From Bacillus sp. CGMCC 1.16607 (GTDB taxonomy: Bacteria > Bacillota > Bacilli > Bacillales > Cytobacillaceae), in contig NZ_JBHUJX010000019.1 in the NCBI RefSeq assembly GCF_042683745.1, forward strand, positions 203,978 through 227,977: a stretch of 24,000 bases of DNA. Direction: 5' to 3'. The notes under the pieces are model-generated. The model saw nothing but the letters and a program-made list of their open reading frames with translations, was not told where the DNA came from and made no database searches. Below, piece after piece: positions 1 to 8,062 of this stretch; position 1 is the first letter of the stretch, and the number at the start of each line of letters is the position of its first letter. The position numbers and the translations under genes were made by a program.

Positions 1-80
1 TTTACGATTGATTTCCATTCTCAATTATAATGAGTTTGAAAATCATTATCAATAGATTATTTGTGAATATATTAAGAAAA

Positions 81-106
81 GACACCTAGCAAATACTCTA
101 GGTGCC
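81..106. terminator. Bidirectional intrinsic terminator-like hairpin downstream of the ABM-domain gene
   Basis: gacacctag-caaatact-ctaggtgcc followed by tttt; on the minus strand GGCACCTAG...CTAGGTGTCTTTTC. Confidence 0.75.
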
Positions 107-121
107 TTTTAAAGTGACTTA

Positions 122-442
122 TTAATTTTTTCCAGTTACATCATAACGCACTAAACGTGGCGGTTCGACCAGCATTCCTTCGGTAGCTATCTTGAATGCT
201 TGGTAATGTTCTGTCTTAAAATGATATTCAAGTGCAGCAGTATCCTTCCACTCCTCCACCATCACAAATGTATTTGGTTCAATTGTATCTTCATAAAGAT
301 GATAACTGTTGCAACCAGCCTCCGCTTTAGAACCCTTCATTACTTCCTTAGCATGCTGTAGATACTCTTCTCGTCTAGCAGGATCCACTTTAATATACGC
401 ATGTAGTACGAGCATGTTGATTTCCTCCTTTTGCTTGTCCAT
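122..442 (-). CDS. Putative quinol monooxygenase, antibiotic biosynthesis monooxygenase (ABM) domain
   Basis: 106-aa ORF with ABM-like pattern (HAYIKVDPARREEYLQHAKEVMKGSKAEAGCNSYHLYED...FVMVEEWKDTAALEYHFKTEHYQAF). Confidence 0.85.
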   Translation of the reverse strand: MDKQKEEINMLVLHAYIKVDPARREEYLQHAKEVMKGSKAEAGCNSYHLYEDTIEPNTFVMVEEWKDTAALEYHFKTEHYQAFKIATEGMLVEPPRLVRYDVTGKN

Positions 443-492
443 ATTCCATCAAACCTATCATACGTCTTTTTATGACCTTTTCCAAATAATTG

Positions 493-1074
493 TTATGAAT
501 AAACCCGAATCGATTTGATAGAGGTCATGATCGATGCAATGACACCTACGATCGTTACGATAATTAACGAATAGAGCATTTTTTCATCTTTTAATATTAA
601 AACCGCCGTTAAAATGATTAGTGCATCTATACATAAAATCACAATACCTACATTGATGGATAGCCATTTCGATATTATGAGAGCAAGCAAATCTACTCCA
701 CCTGGACTCGCGTGTATTCGAAGCATCATTCCAACGCCTGTACCAATAAATAGCCCTCCAAGAACAACATTTGCTAATAAAGGTAGATGATTAAACCCGC
801 TAATCGGGAATAGCAAATTAATTCCAATTGCCGAAATCAATGTCCCTACTAACCCTTTAAAAAAATAATTTAAATCGTATTTGATTGCAATGAAATAAAT
901 TGGTAAGTTAAGACAGACAAAGGTGATTGCCAGTTGGAAACCGAACGTATAATTAGCCAGTAAACTAATTCCCCATATTCCCCCGTTAACTAAACGAGAA
1001 GGTAATACAAAACCATTGACACCTAACCCAATGAGAAAACTCGCGACAATAATTGTTAATAAAGTTCTTAGCAA
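493..1074 (-). CDS. YitT-family membrane protein, short form
   Basis: Hydrophobic multi-TM protein with YitT-like N-terminus (GLGVNGFVLPSRLVNGGIWGISLL, ASPGGVDLLA); no C-terminal soluble domain. Confidence 0.8.
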   Translation of the reverse strand: MLRTLLTIIVASFLIGLGVNGFVLPSRLVNGGIWGISLLANYTFGFQLAITFVCLNLPIYFIAIKYDLNYFFKGLVGTLISAIGINLLFPISGFNHLPLLANVVLGGLFIGTGVGMMLRIHASPGGVDLLALIISKWLSINVGIVILCIDALIILTAVLILKDEKMLYSLIIVTIVGVIASIMTSIKSIRVYS

Positions 1075-1140
1075 TTGAATACCCCTTTAAAAAGTATTTT
1101 ACTATTATCTATATGATAGAAAAGAGGCTTAATTCACAGA

Positions 1141-1427
1141 AAAAGCGCAAGCTCCTTGATCAGCCCCGATAAAGAAGACTGGTCGATTGGCGAGGTAACG
1201 AAGCCAGAGACCTAGTCGCACTTATGCAAACCGTTCTTTGGTTTGCCAAGCAAATGCTTCGCAGGCCGGAAAGTCGTTCTTTGACTTTTTGGCTGGCGAA
1301 CATTTGACCTCGAGGTCGACAAGGGCTCGGGCGTCCTGTCGCATTGTCGACACTAGTACATCCTGAACGTCGGGGCTAGGACGCTTGCGCTGGACAATTT
1401 TCTAAGTCCGAAAATGTTATACTTTCT
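1141..1427 (+). repeat. Dispersed intergenic repeat, copy A (long form)
   Basis: Inverted ends agcgcaagctccttgatcagccccgat / acgtcggggctaggacgcttgcgct; long collinear similarity to copy at 14974-15250. Confidence 0.9.
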
Positions 1428-1446
1428 TATTTTTTAAGAAGAAAAA

Positions 1447-1476
1447 AAGCAATTGGCCAATTAAAACCAACTGCTT
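1447..1476 (-). terminator. Intrinsic terminator of the MerR/TipAS gene
   Basis: Minus strand AAGCAGTTGG-TTTTAATTGG-CCAATTGCTT followed by TTTTTC. Confidence 0.8.
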
Positions 1477-1492
1477 TTGATTGTTTACTAAA

Positions 1493-2257
1493 TTATGCTT
1501 TCATCCCAGTGTAAATTAAAATCGCGTCTCTTAAAAAGAGAGCCGTTCCTGGCTGATTTTTATCGTAATATGCTGTAAATCTTTCATCATCCACATACAT
1601 TTGTCCAAGACCTGCATGCGCTTCTTTACTATATTCACTCCAGTAGTAGCATAACCATTGCTTGTGTAAATCAGCTGCTTTTTGTGCTAATTCCCCTGCA
1701 GGGTCTCCAGTAGCAAAAGCCTGCGCCAACGTAACTTGCACCTGCTCCGCTAATTTTGTCACTTCATCATGTTCTTCTTGGCCCATGTTCATGACTTTAG
1801 CATTTGATTTATCAATCGTATCATCACCATATTTTTCGCGAATTTCTTTCCCATATTTTTTCTCATTATCCTCAATCATTTTTTTCTTAAATCCTTCAAA
1901 CTTTTCTTTATTTGACATATGAATTCTCCCTTCCGTTAAGGCGATCGTTTTATCTACATTTCTTATTAACAAATCTAATTGCTCTCTTTTTTCAAGGAGT
2001 TTCTCACGATGTTCTTTCAGCGCTGAAGCTCCATCAAAGGAAGGGGCAGTGACGATATCCTTTATACTATCTAAGCTAACTCCTAATTCTCGATAGAAAA
2101 GGATTTGCTGTAGGCGATCCACTTCCGCTTGCCCATAGATTCGATAACCAGACGAATTAATTCTTGCCGGCTTAAGAATTCCAATCTCGTCATAGTATCG
2201 TAATGTCCTTGTGCTTACTCCCGCTATACTTCCAAGCTTTTGCACTGTATATTCCAT
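1493..2257 (-). CDS. MerR-family transcriptional regulator with TipAS-like effector domain
   Basis: N-terminal MerR HTH (YTVQKLGSIAGVSTRTLRYYDEIGILKPARINSSGYRIYG) and C-terminal TipAS-like domain (Y..Y...EAHAGLGQMYVDDERFTAYYDKNQPG). Confidence 0.93.
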   Translation of the reverse strand: MEYTVQKLGSIAGVSTRTLRYYDEIGILKPARINSSGYRIYGQAEVDRLQQILFYRELGVSLDSIKDIVTAPSFDGASALKEHREKLLEKREQLDLLIRNVDKTIALTEGRIHMSNKEKFEGFKKKMIEDNEKKYGKEIREKYGDDTIDKSNAKVMNMGQEEHDEVTKLAEQVQVTLAQAFATGDPAGELAQKAADLHKQWLCYYWSEYSKEAHAGLGQMYVDDERFTAYYDKNQPGTALFLRDAILIYTGMKA

Positions 2258-2324
2258 GTGATCATCTCCTCATAAAGCAACGATACACCTTTACGCAACG
2301 TCAATGTCAACAAATATTTAAAAA

Positions 2325-4070
2325 TTATATTTTAAATCCAGCAGTAAGTTCTTTTAATTTTTTTGCCATATCCGATAACTGCTCTGTCGTACTTTCGATT
2401 CCTGTCATTGTTTTAAGCTGTTTATCAATGCTCTCGCTAATATTTTCTGTGCCTGCCGCCATTTCATTTGAAGTTAATGCAAGATTCGAAATAGCGAATT
2501 CGATATTTTTTGTAGACAATGCCTGCTTTTTGTTAGCCGTATCGATTTGTTCAATTTCACGTACAATGTGTAATATATGTTCATTTATATTCTGGATATT
2601 AGCAGTTACCTCTGAAGATTTATGTACCCCATTAGAAACTTTTTCTTCTACTAATTGAACTGATTTTACAGCAGAAATAGATTTTAACTGATTTTCCTTC
2701 ACAAGTTCTGATATTTCAAGTGCCGCTCGGTTACTTTCATCCGCAAGCTTTCTAATTTCATCCGCTACCACACTGAAACCTTTTCCAGACTCACCTGCAC
2801 GAGCAGCTTCAATGGCCGCATTTAATGCCAACAGATTGGTTTGTGCTGATATTCCCGTTATTATCTTGATGATATCTACAATTTTGTTGGATGACTGATT
2901 GAGTTCATTCATGAGATTTGAAACGTCTTTTGAAGAATAAGCAATCTCTGTTATGAATGAAACCACTTCAGAAATTTTGTCAGCACCCTCCATTGCTGCT
3001 TCCTGAACCTTTTTAGTATTTTCCGTTGTTTGCCTTGTTGCCATTGAGGTTTCATCTGAAAAGAGTGCTGCTTCCCCTAGGATTGATGTTGTTTCCTCTG
3101 TTACAGTTGCTCCCTGTGAAGTACCGAAGGCTATTTCCGCCACCATTTTCGATATTCCTTCAAGTGATTTAGTTGTAATAATTGTTGCTTCATTCAATTG
3201 TACACTTGAAGTTGAAATGGTTTCCGACGAACTAGCTACTTCCTTTATGATGGATTGGAGCTTGTCTACAAATAAGTCAAAACATTGACTCAGCTCCCCA
3301 ATCTCATCCTTACTATCATAACCAATCCGTTTTGTCAGATCGCCATTACTTTCAGATATTTCCTTTAATTTAGTAGAGACCTTTTTCGTTGGTATAACGA
3401 TGGATCTTGAAATAATAATAGACAAAATAAAAGTACTTATCGCCCCTATTATTAAAAGAGAGATGATCACGATCATTGTTATGCGATATGCAGCTTTACT
3501 GTCTTGATATGTATTCTTTGCGTCATTAATATGTTTATCAATAATTTTATCTAAAGCAGAGATAGCCCCTTTTCTCGTTTTATCTAAATTAACCAAACCC
3601 TCAGGAGGACCACTGGGAACCATGCTGCCGCCAACCTCTTGATCATTTGCAGGCATTCCTTGAATTTTGCCTGTCCCATTTTTCTCAATAAAAGTATCAA
3701 AGGCAGTGAAAAATTCCTTAAGACTCACTTGAAAATTTTCATAATCCTGATTGCCCTTATATTCTAATATCTGATTATTTACTGAAGATATATGGGTATT
3801 GATATCCTCTTGTATCGTTTTTTTCAGCTCATCATCATTACCAGCATCCATTATGGAATTCGCCTGGGACCGAATATACTCAATTTCGGATTTTATTGAC
3901 TCAAGTTTGACAATTGGAACAAGCATTCTATCATTTAAATTTTGGATACTCGCATTAATATTTGATAGTTGATTTATCGAGGTCACACCAATGATAACCA
4001 GAAAGAGGAAAAAGCAAATGGTCAATATACTTATTTTTTGACCAAATTTTAGATTTCGAAATATACTCAT
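2325..4070 (-). CDS. Methyl-accepting chemotaxis protein (4HB-like sensor, HAMP, MA domain)
   Basis: Two TM segments, HAMP, conserved signalling hairpin ([44 protein letters not shown]); start placed at MSIFRNL (4070) behind GGAAGG rather than 4088. Confidence 0.96.
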   Translation of the reverse strand: MSIFRNLKFGQKISILTICFFLFLVIIGVTSINQLSNINASIQNLNDRMLVPIVKLESIKSEIEYIRSQANSIMDAGNDDELKKTIQEDINTHISSVNNQILEYKGNQDYENFQVSLKEFFTAFDTFIEKNGTGKIQGMPANDQEVGGSMVPSGPPEGLVNLDKTRKGAISALDKIIDKHINDAKNTYQDSKAAYRITMIVIISLLIIGAISTFILSIIISRSIVIPTKKVSTKLKEISESNGDLTKRIGYDSKDEIGELSQCFDLFVDKLQSIIKEVASSSETISTSSVQLNEATIITTKSLEGISKMVAEIAFGTSQGATVTEETTSILGEAALFSDETSMATRQTTENTKKVQEAAMEGADKISEVVSFITEIAYSSKDVSNLMNELNQSSNKIVDIIKIITGISAQTNLLALNAAIEAARAGESGKGFSVVADEIRKLADESNRAALEISELVKENQLKSISAVKSVQLVEEKVSNGVHKSSEVTANIQNINEHILHIVREIEQIDTANKKQALSTKNIEFAISNLALTSNEMAAGTENISESIDKQLKTMTGIESTTEQLSDMAKKLKELTAGFKI

Positions 4071-4221
4071 TTGTAAACATCCTTCCAATTAAATTTATAT
4101 AGCATTACATTATTTCAAGGATATGTAAAAATCTCACTCTACAGCCAATAATTATAAGTGTAAATTGTTTCTAAAAAGAGACAAAAAAATGAATAAAGTA
4201 TGAATAAAGTCCTAAAAAAAA

Positions 4222-4269
4222 ATGCCAGATTATTCAAAAAGACTTTAGTCCTTATGAATAACCTGACAT
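4222..4269 (-). terminator. Intrinsic terminator of the diguanylate cyclase gene
   Basis: Minus strand ATGTCAGGTTATTCA...TGAATAATCTGGCAT followed by a long T tract. Confidence 0.85.
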
Positions 4270-4275
4270 TCTATA

Positions 4276-5514
4276 TTAAATAAAAAACATCTCATCATTA
4301 AATAGATATAAAAAATTCTTCGTTTTCTCAGCTCTAATAAATCGATTTCTTCCTTGCTTTTTTGCTACGTATAAAGCATCATCAACTGCTTTTTTTAATG
4401 AATCTACTGTTTTTCCGTGATTTGGGAAAACAGCAACACCAGAACTGACTGATACGATGATTGAGTGTTCTAATATGATAAGTGGATTTTGTTTGTAATA
4501 CTCCATCAAATTATCATAAAGATTCTCCATCTCGTTTTCTAATGGAGATTTCATGATAATCATAAACTCATCTCCCGCGTAGCGGTAACCCTCAATGTTC
4601 TCCCCACAAACACTCTTGATTCCATCTGCCAATATCTTTAAATATCTATCGCCGATATCATGACCGAAATTATCATTTACCTTTTTTAAATGATCTGAAT
4701 CTATCATGATAAGGGTGATTTCTTGATTATTATCATTAATCATTTTTGATAAATCATCATGGAAAGCTCGGTGATTTTTTAACCCCGTTAATTCATCTGT
4801 TTGAGACATGACAAAGATCCTTCTGTATAGTCTGGCCGTTTCGATTGAATTGATCACCTGAGTCCCAATGATTTGCAGTAATTCTTCATGCTCTTTTCGA
4901 TAGGCAAAATCCGAATAGCTTTGAGCAGAAATCACTCCTCTGACATGATCATCAATAATGACAGGTACAAACAGACATGATCTAGTGATACCATCTGATC
5001 CATATAGAGCATTATATTCTTCTGATTGAGCTAACTGTTTCTGATGGACAATTTCCCTTGATAAAATCGCCTGGGTGGTATAATTATCACCTAATTCACG
5101 TATAATTGGTGGATAGTATTCCCCTTTATCCATAACAAACGTGAAATCTATCAATGACTCAGCTTCATTATAAAAAGCAATAAAAAAAGATTCCGTGTTC
5201 ATAACTTGAGAGACCATTTCATACGCTTTTTCAAGAAGTATATCCTCGTCCAATGTTTTACTACAAATTTGAGCAAAATCATGTAAAATTTTATAATGCT
5301 TATTCAACCAGCTCATATTTTCCATCTGATCATTTATTAATTCTAATTGAAGTAAGACGGAATCTACTATTTCTTTTTCTTCCCTATCTCCAATATGTTT
5401 TTCAAATTCTTCAAGAGTTTCTTTTGAAAGAATATTTTTTTGAACTCCAATATTTTTAAGCAAATGATTAATTAACGATAAAATCTCCTTATTTCCCATA
5501 TTTAACACTTCCAT
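4276..5514 (-). CDS. GAF-domain diguanylate cyclase (GGDEF)
   Basis: GAF-like central region and GGDEF domain (LTGLKNHRAFHDDLS...GHDIGDRYLKILA...GYRYAGDEFMIIM) with AGDEF signature. Confidence 0.93.
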   Translation of the reverse strand: MEVLNMGNKEILSLINHLLKNIGVQKNILSKETLEEFEKHIGDREEKEIVDSVLLQLELINDQMENMSWLNKHYKILHDFAQICSKTLDEDILLEKAYEMVSQVMNTESFFIAFYNEAESLIDFTFVMDKGEYYPPIIRELGDNYTTQAILSREIVHQKQLAQSEEYNALYGSDGITRSCLFVPVIIDDHVRGVISAQSYSDFAYRKEHEELLQIIGTQVINSIETARLYRRIFVMSQTDELTGLKNHRAFHDDLSKMINDNNQEITLIMIDSDHLKKVNDNFGHDIGDRYLKILADGIKSVCGENIEGYRYAGDEFMIIMKSPLENEMENLYDNLMEYYKQNPLIILEHSIIVSVSSGVAVFPNHGKTVDSLKKAVDDALYVAKKQGRNRFIRAEKTKNFLYLFNDEMFFI

Positions 5515-5587
5515 AAAGGTATTTACACAAACTACAGACTTACTATATTAAAAAACAAATACAAATGACAAGAAAAAAATAAAAAAA

Positions 5588-5722
5588 AATAGATAAGTCG
5601 TTAACCGATTCATCTATTACCAAAAAGCAGGAATTTTCGGTAACTGGCTGGCATTATCATTCGACTTAGCCCCTTTAGTTTTGCGTCCTCATTTTTCAAT
5701 GAGTTTGCCTTTTCTAAACGTA
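5588..5722 (-). promoter_or_regulatory. c-di-GMP-I (GEMM) riboswitch with downstream terminator expression platform
   Basis: Minus strand: AAAAGGCAAACTCATTGAAAAATGAGGACGCAAAACTAAAGGGGCTAAGTCGAATGATAATGCCAGCCAGTTACCGAAA. Matches GEMM landmarks GGCAAAC, stem capped by GAAA, GGACGCAAA, CTAA, GCC...GTTACCGA. Followed by AATAGATGAATCG-GTTAA-CGACTTATCTATT plus T tract (5588-5618). Confidence 0.92.
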
Positions 5723-5920
5723 CGCTATTTAATTATTCAGCATAATCCATAAATATCCACTACCTTAAATATATAGTGCTTACTAACCATAGTCAATGGC
5801 TAATGGTTAGGCAATCTTCGACAAAATATGGAAATAATTAGGCGCAATAATATAGACAAACTACATGAATTTAGTATGAAAGTTTGTCCACTCTTGAACA
5901 TATAGTTTAACAAAGGGGGA

Positions 5921-6292
5921 ATGGATTTGAATACATCTCTGTCAACTTATAAATTAATTCGATATACAGTAGCTTATGTTTTTATCATTTCGGGCTTGAT
6001 GAAGCTAATTAGCGTTGAATTAGGAAACTACTTTATCAATTTAGGCCTGCCTTTTCCACTTTATCTGAAGTATGGGGTAGCTACGGTAGAAATGATTTGC
6101 GGTTTATTCCTAATAGTGAACAAACACGTTAAACAGACGACGATTCCGTTAATAGCAATTATGATAGCAGCGATTATATTAACAAAAGTTCCAATACTAC
6201 ATACTGGCTTTATGGCATTTGCTTTTAATGCTAGATTAGACATTATTATGTTAGTTCTACTATTCATTCTTTACACACGTAATCATCATTAA
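5921..6292 (+). CDS. DoxX-like small integral membrane protein
   Basis: 4-TM 123-aa ORF (YVFIISGLMKL...FPLYLKYGVATVEMICGLFLI) with aaaggggga RBS. Confidence 0.75.
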   Translation: MDLNTSLSTYKLIRYTVAYVFIISGLMKLISVELGNYFINLGLPFPLYLKYGVATVEMICGLFLIVNKHVKQTTIPLIAIMIAAIILTKVPILHTGFMAFAFNARLDIIMLVLLFILYTRNHH

Positions 6293-6301
6293 TAATGAAC
6301 T

Positions 6302-6341
6302 AAAAGGTAGGCACTACTTAATTGAAGTTGCCTACCTTTTT
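6302..6341. terminator. Bidirectional terminator between convergent genes
   Basis: aaaaggtaggca...tgcctaccttttt; 12-bp stem. Confidence 0.9.
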
Positions 6342-6348
6342 CACTAAT

Positions 6349-7371
6349 TTATCTATTTACGATAAGGCTTTGATTTGCTTTCGATGTTCTTACTTCTATA
6401 GTAAGTGCTCCTTTATTAATAACTGCTTTTAATAAGAAAGGCGCCCCTGTCGTATTCTGAAATCGAAAATCAAGTCCTCCATAGGATACAGTGGCATCTC
6501 TTCCTTTTGGCACATACCCGACATTCACTGAGTGGTGATGTTTTTCTACATAAGCTACACCGAGTTTATCTACAGCATTAAATAATGTAGAGGATGTTTG
6601 GCAAATTCCACCACCAATCCCTTCGACCAATTTCCCATTCACCGCTTCCATTGCTTTTTGATACCCATGTGCCTCATCACTAGGACCAACTGTCGTATTG
6701 AAGGAAAAAATGTCGCCAACTCCAACAATGACATTATTGATCGCATGTGCTGATAACTCGATATTTTTCGTTCTTCCCGCTACACTACTATTAAAATACG
6801 TCGTAAACGAGGCGATTGCCACTTCTCCCAAATTAGAAACCTCTTCGGGCTTATATCCACTTTCAGTAACATAAAGAGGTAATTCAACCGTTCCACCTTT
6901 TAAAGACGCATTTATCACCTTTTCCACTAACTCCGATTCCTCAAGTATGATACGTGGACTTCCTTTTATCACCTGACCATTTTCATCTAATTTGTCTGGA
7001 ATCATTCTTTGGTCATAGCCGTTGATTGTTTCTGTTCCTCTTGCAATCGTTTTGACCCAACCTTCAATTTCCTTTTTATAATTTTCGTTATCCGTTCCAA
7101 ATCCTAACTCTAACGGATTAATAGTTTTGATAACTTGTTTCGTGTTAGGATCTACCACTTCAACTAAAATGACCTCTTCTTCGTTTTTTTCCTCCAATGG
7201 CTTTTCCTTATCTTTATCCAACGCTTCTTTCTTCTCTAATTCAATTTGTTTCTGTAATTCAACTATTTTTTTCTCTAATTCCTTTTCCCTCGTTGTTTTT
7301 TCTGAACATCCAGCTAATCCTATCAAACTAGCAGTCAAAATCATCGATGTTACCCATGTAATCTTCCCCAT
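6349..7371 (-). CDS. VanW-family lipoprotein
   Basis: Lipobox (LIGLAGCSE) and C-terminal VanW domain (NNVIVGVGDIFSFNTTVGPSDEAHGYQKAMEAVNGKLVEGIGGGICQTSSTLFNAV). Confidence 0.92.
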   Translation of the reverse strand: MGKITWVTSMILTASLIGLAGCSEKTTREKELEKKIVELQKQIELEKKEALDKDKEKPLEEKNEEEVILVEVVDPNTKQVIKTINPLELGFGTDNENYKKEIEGWVKTIARGTETINGYDQRMIPDKLDENGQVIKGSPRIILEESELVEKVINASLKGGTVELPLYVTESGYKPEEVSNLGEVAIASFTTYFNSSVAGRTKNIELSAHAINNVIVGVGDIFSFNTTVGPSDEAHGYQKAMEAVNGKLVEGIGGGICQTSSTLFNAVDKLGVAYVEKHHHSVNVGYVPKGRDATVSYGGLDFRFQNTTGAPFLLKAVINKGALTIEVRTSKANQSLIVNR

Positions 7372-7489
7372 TGATCTCCCAACTTTTCCTTTTTTTGTCC
7401 TAAGTCATAGGCTGTCAGTCACATTCCCCATTGTATTCACACCTCTATGTCCATATTCCTTAAGACAAACTCATTTGGAAAAAAATTCA

Positions 7490-7660
7490 GAAGCGCCTTG
7501 ATCAGCCCCGACAAGCAAATGCCGACCCAAAGAGGAGGTTTGCTCTTTAACTTCATCTTTGGGGCGCCATTTGATCTCGAGGTCGACAATAGCACGACGT
7601 CCTGTCGCATTGTCGACACTTGTACATCCTATACTTCGGGGCTAGGCGCTGGAGCTAGAT
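7490..7660 (+). repeat. Dispersed intergenic repeat, copy B (short form)
   Basis: aagcgccttgatcagccccgacaagc ... ctcgaggtcgaca...cgtcctgtcgcattgtcgacac...tcggggctaggcgctggagct, same ends as copy A. Confidence 0.9.
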
Positions 7661-7839
7661 TACGAAAAACTCCTTCAGAGTTAACCACAACTTATAAACT
7701 ATATTTCTAAGCTCACCACAAATTAAACATTTGCCATATGGAAATCTGATTTTATAATAATGTTAGAATTAAACTCCGAGATTCCTAGTTTTTAAATAAG
7801 GCACTTTTCATAAATTTTGTTTTTCTTGAACAAGTAGAA

Positions 7840-7971
7840 TGGTTGATTTCCACTGCAGGTTGCTCGCTTTCCGCGGGGCGGGCGGTGAGCCTCCTCGGAG
7901 TGTACGCTCCTGCGGGGTCTCACCTGTCCCGCTGCTCCCGCAGGAGTCTCGCACCTTCCGTTCCAATCAAT
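7840..7971. repeat. GC-rich structured repeat element resembling a common Bacillaceae dispersed repeat
   Basis: ggttgatttccactgcaggttgctcgctttccgcggggcgggcggtgagcctcctcgg...ctcccgcaggagtctcgcaccttccgttccaatcaa; far more GC-rich than flanks; internal GGTGAG/CTCACC and CTCC-cgca-GGAG stems. Confidence 0.75.
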
Positions 7972-8062
7972 CTCTATATCAACAGTTTGCGTTTCCAAAG
8001 TTTTAAAACAACAATCTTTGCGAAAAGAGACTTAAATAAAATTAGGTTAGGAAGGAATAGAT

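Noticed and set aside
7437-7710. ORFs 7437..7619(-) and 7447..7710(+)
   Set aside because: Both overlap repeat copy B and have compositions explained by the repeat rather than a protein family.
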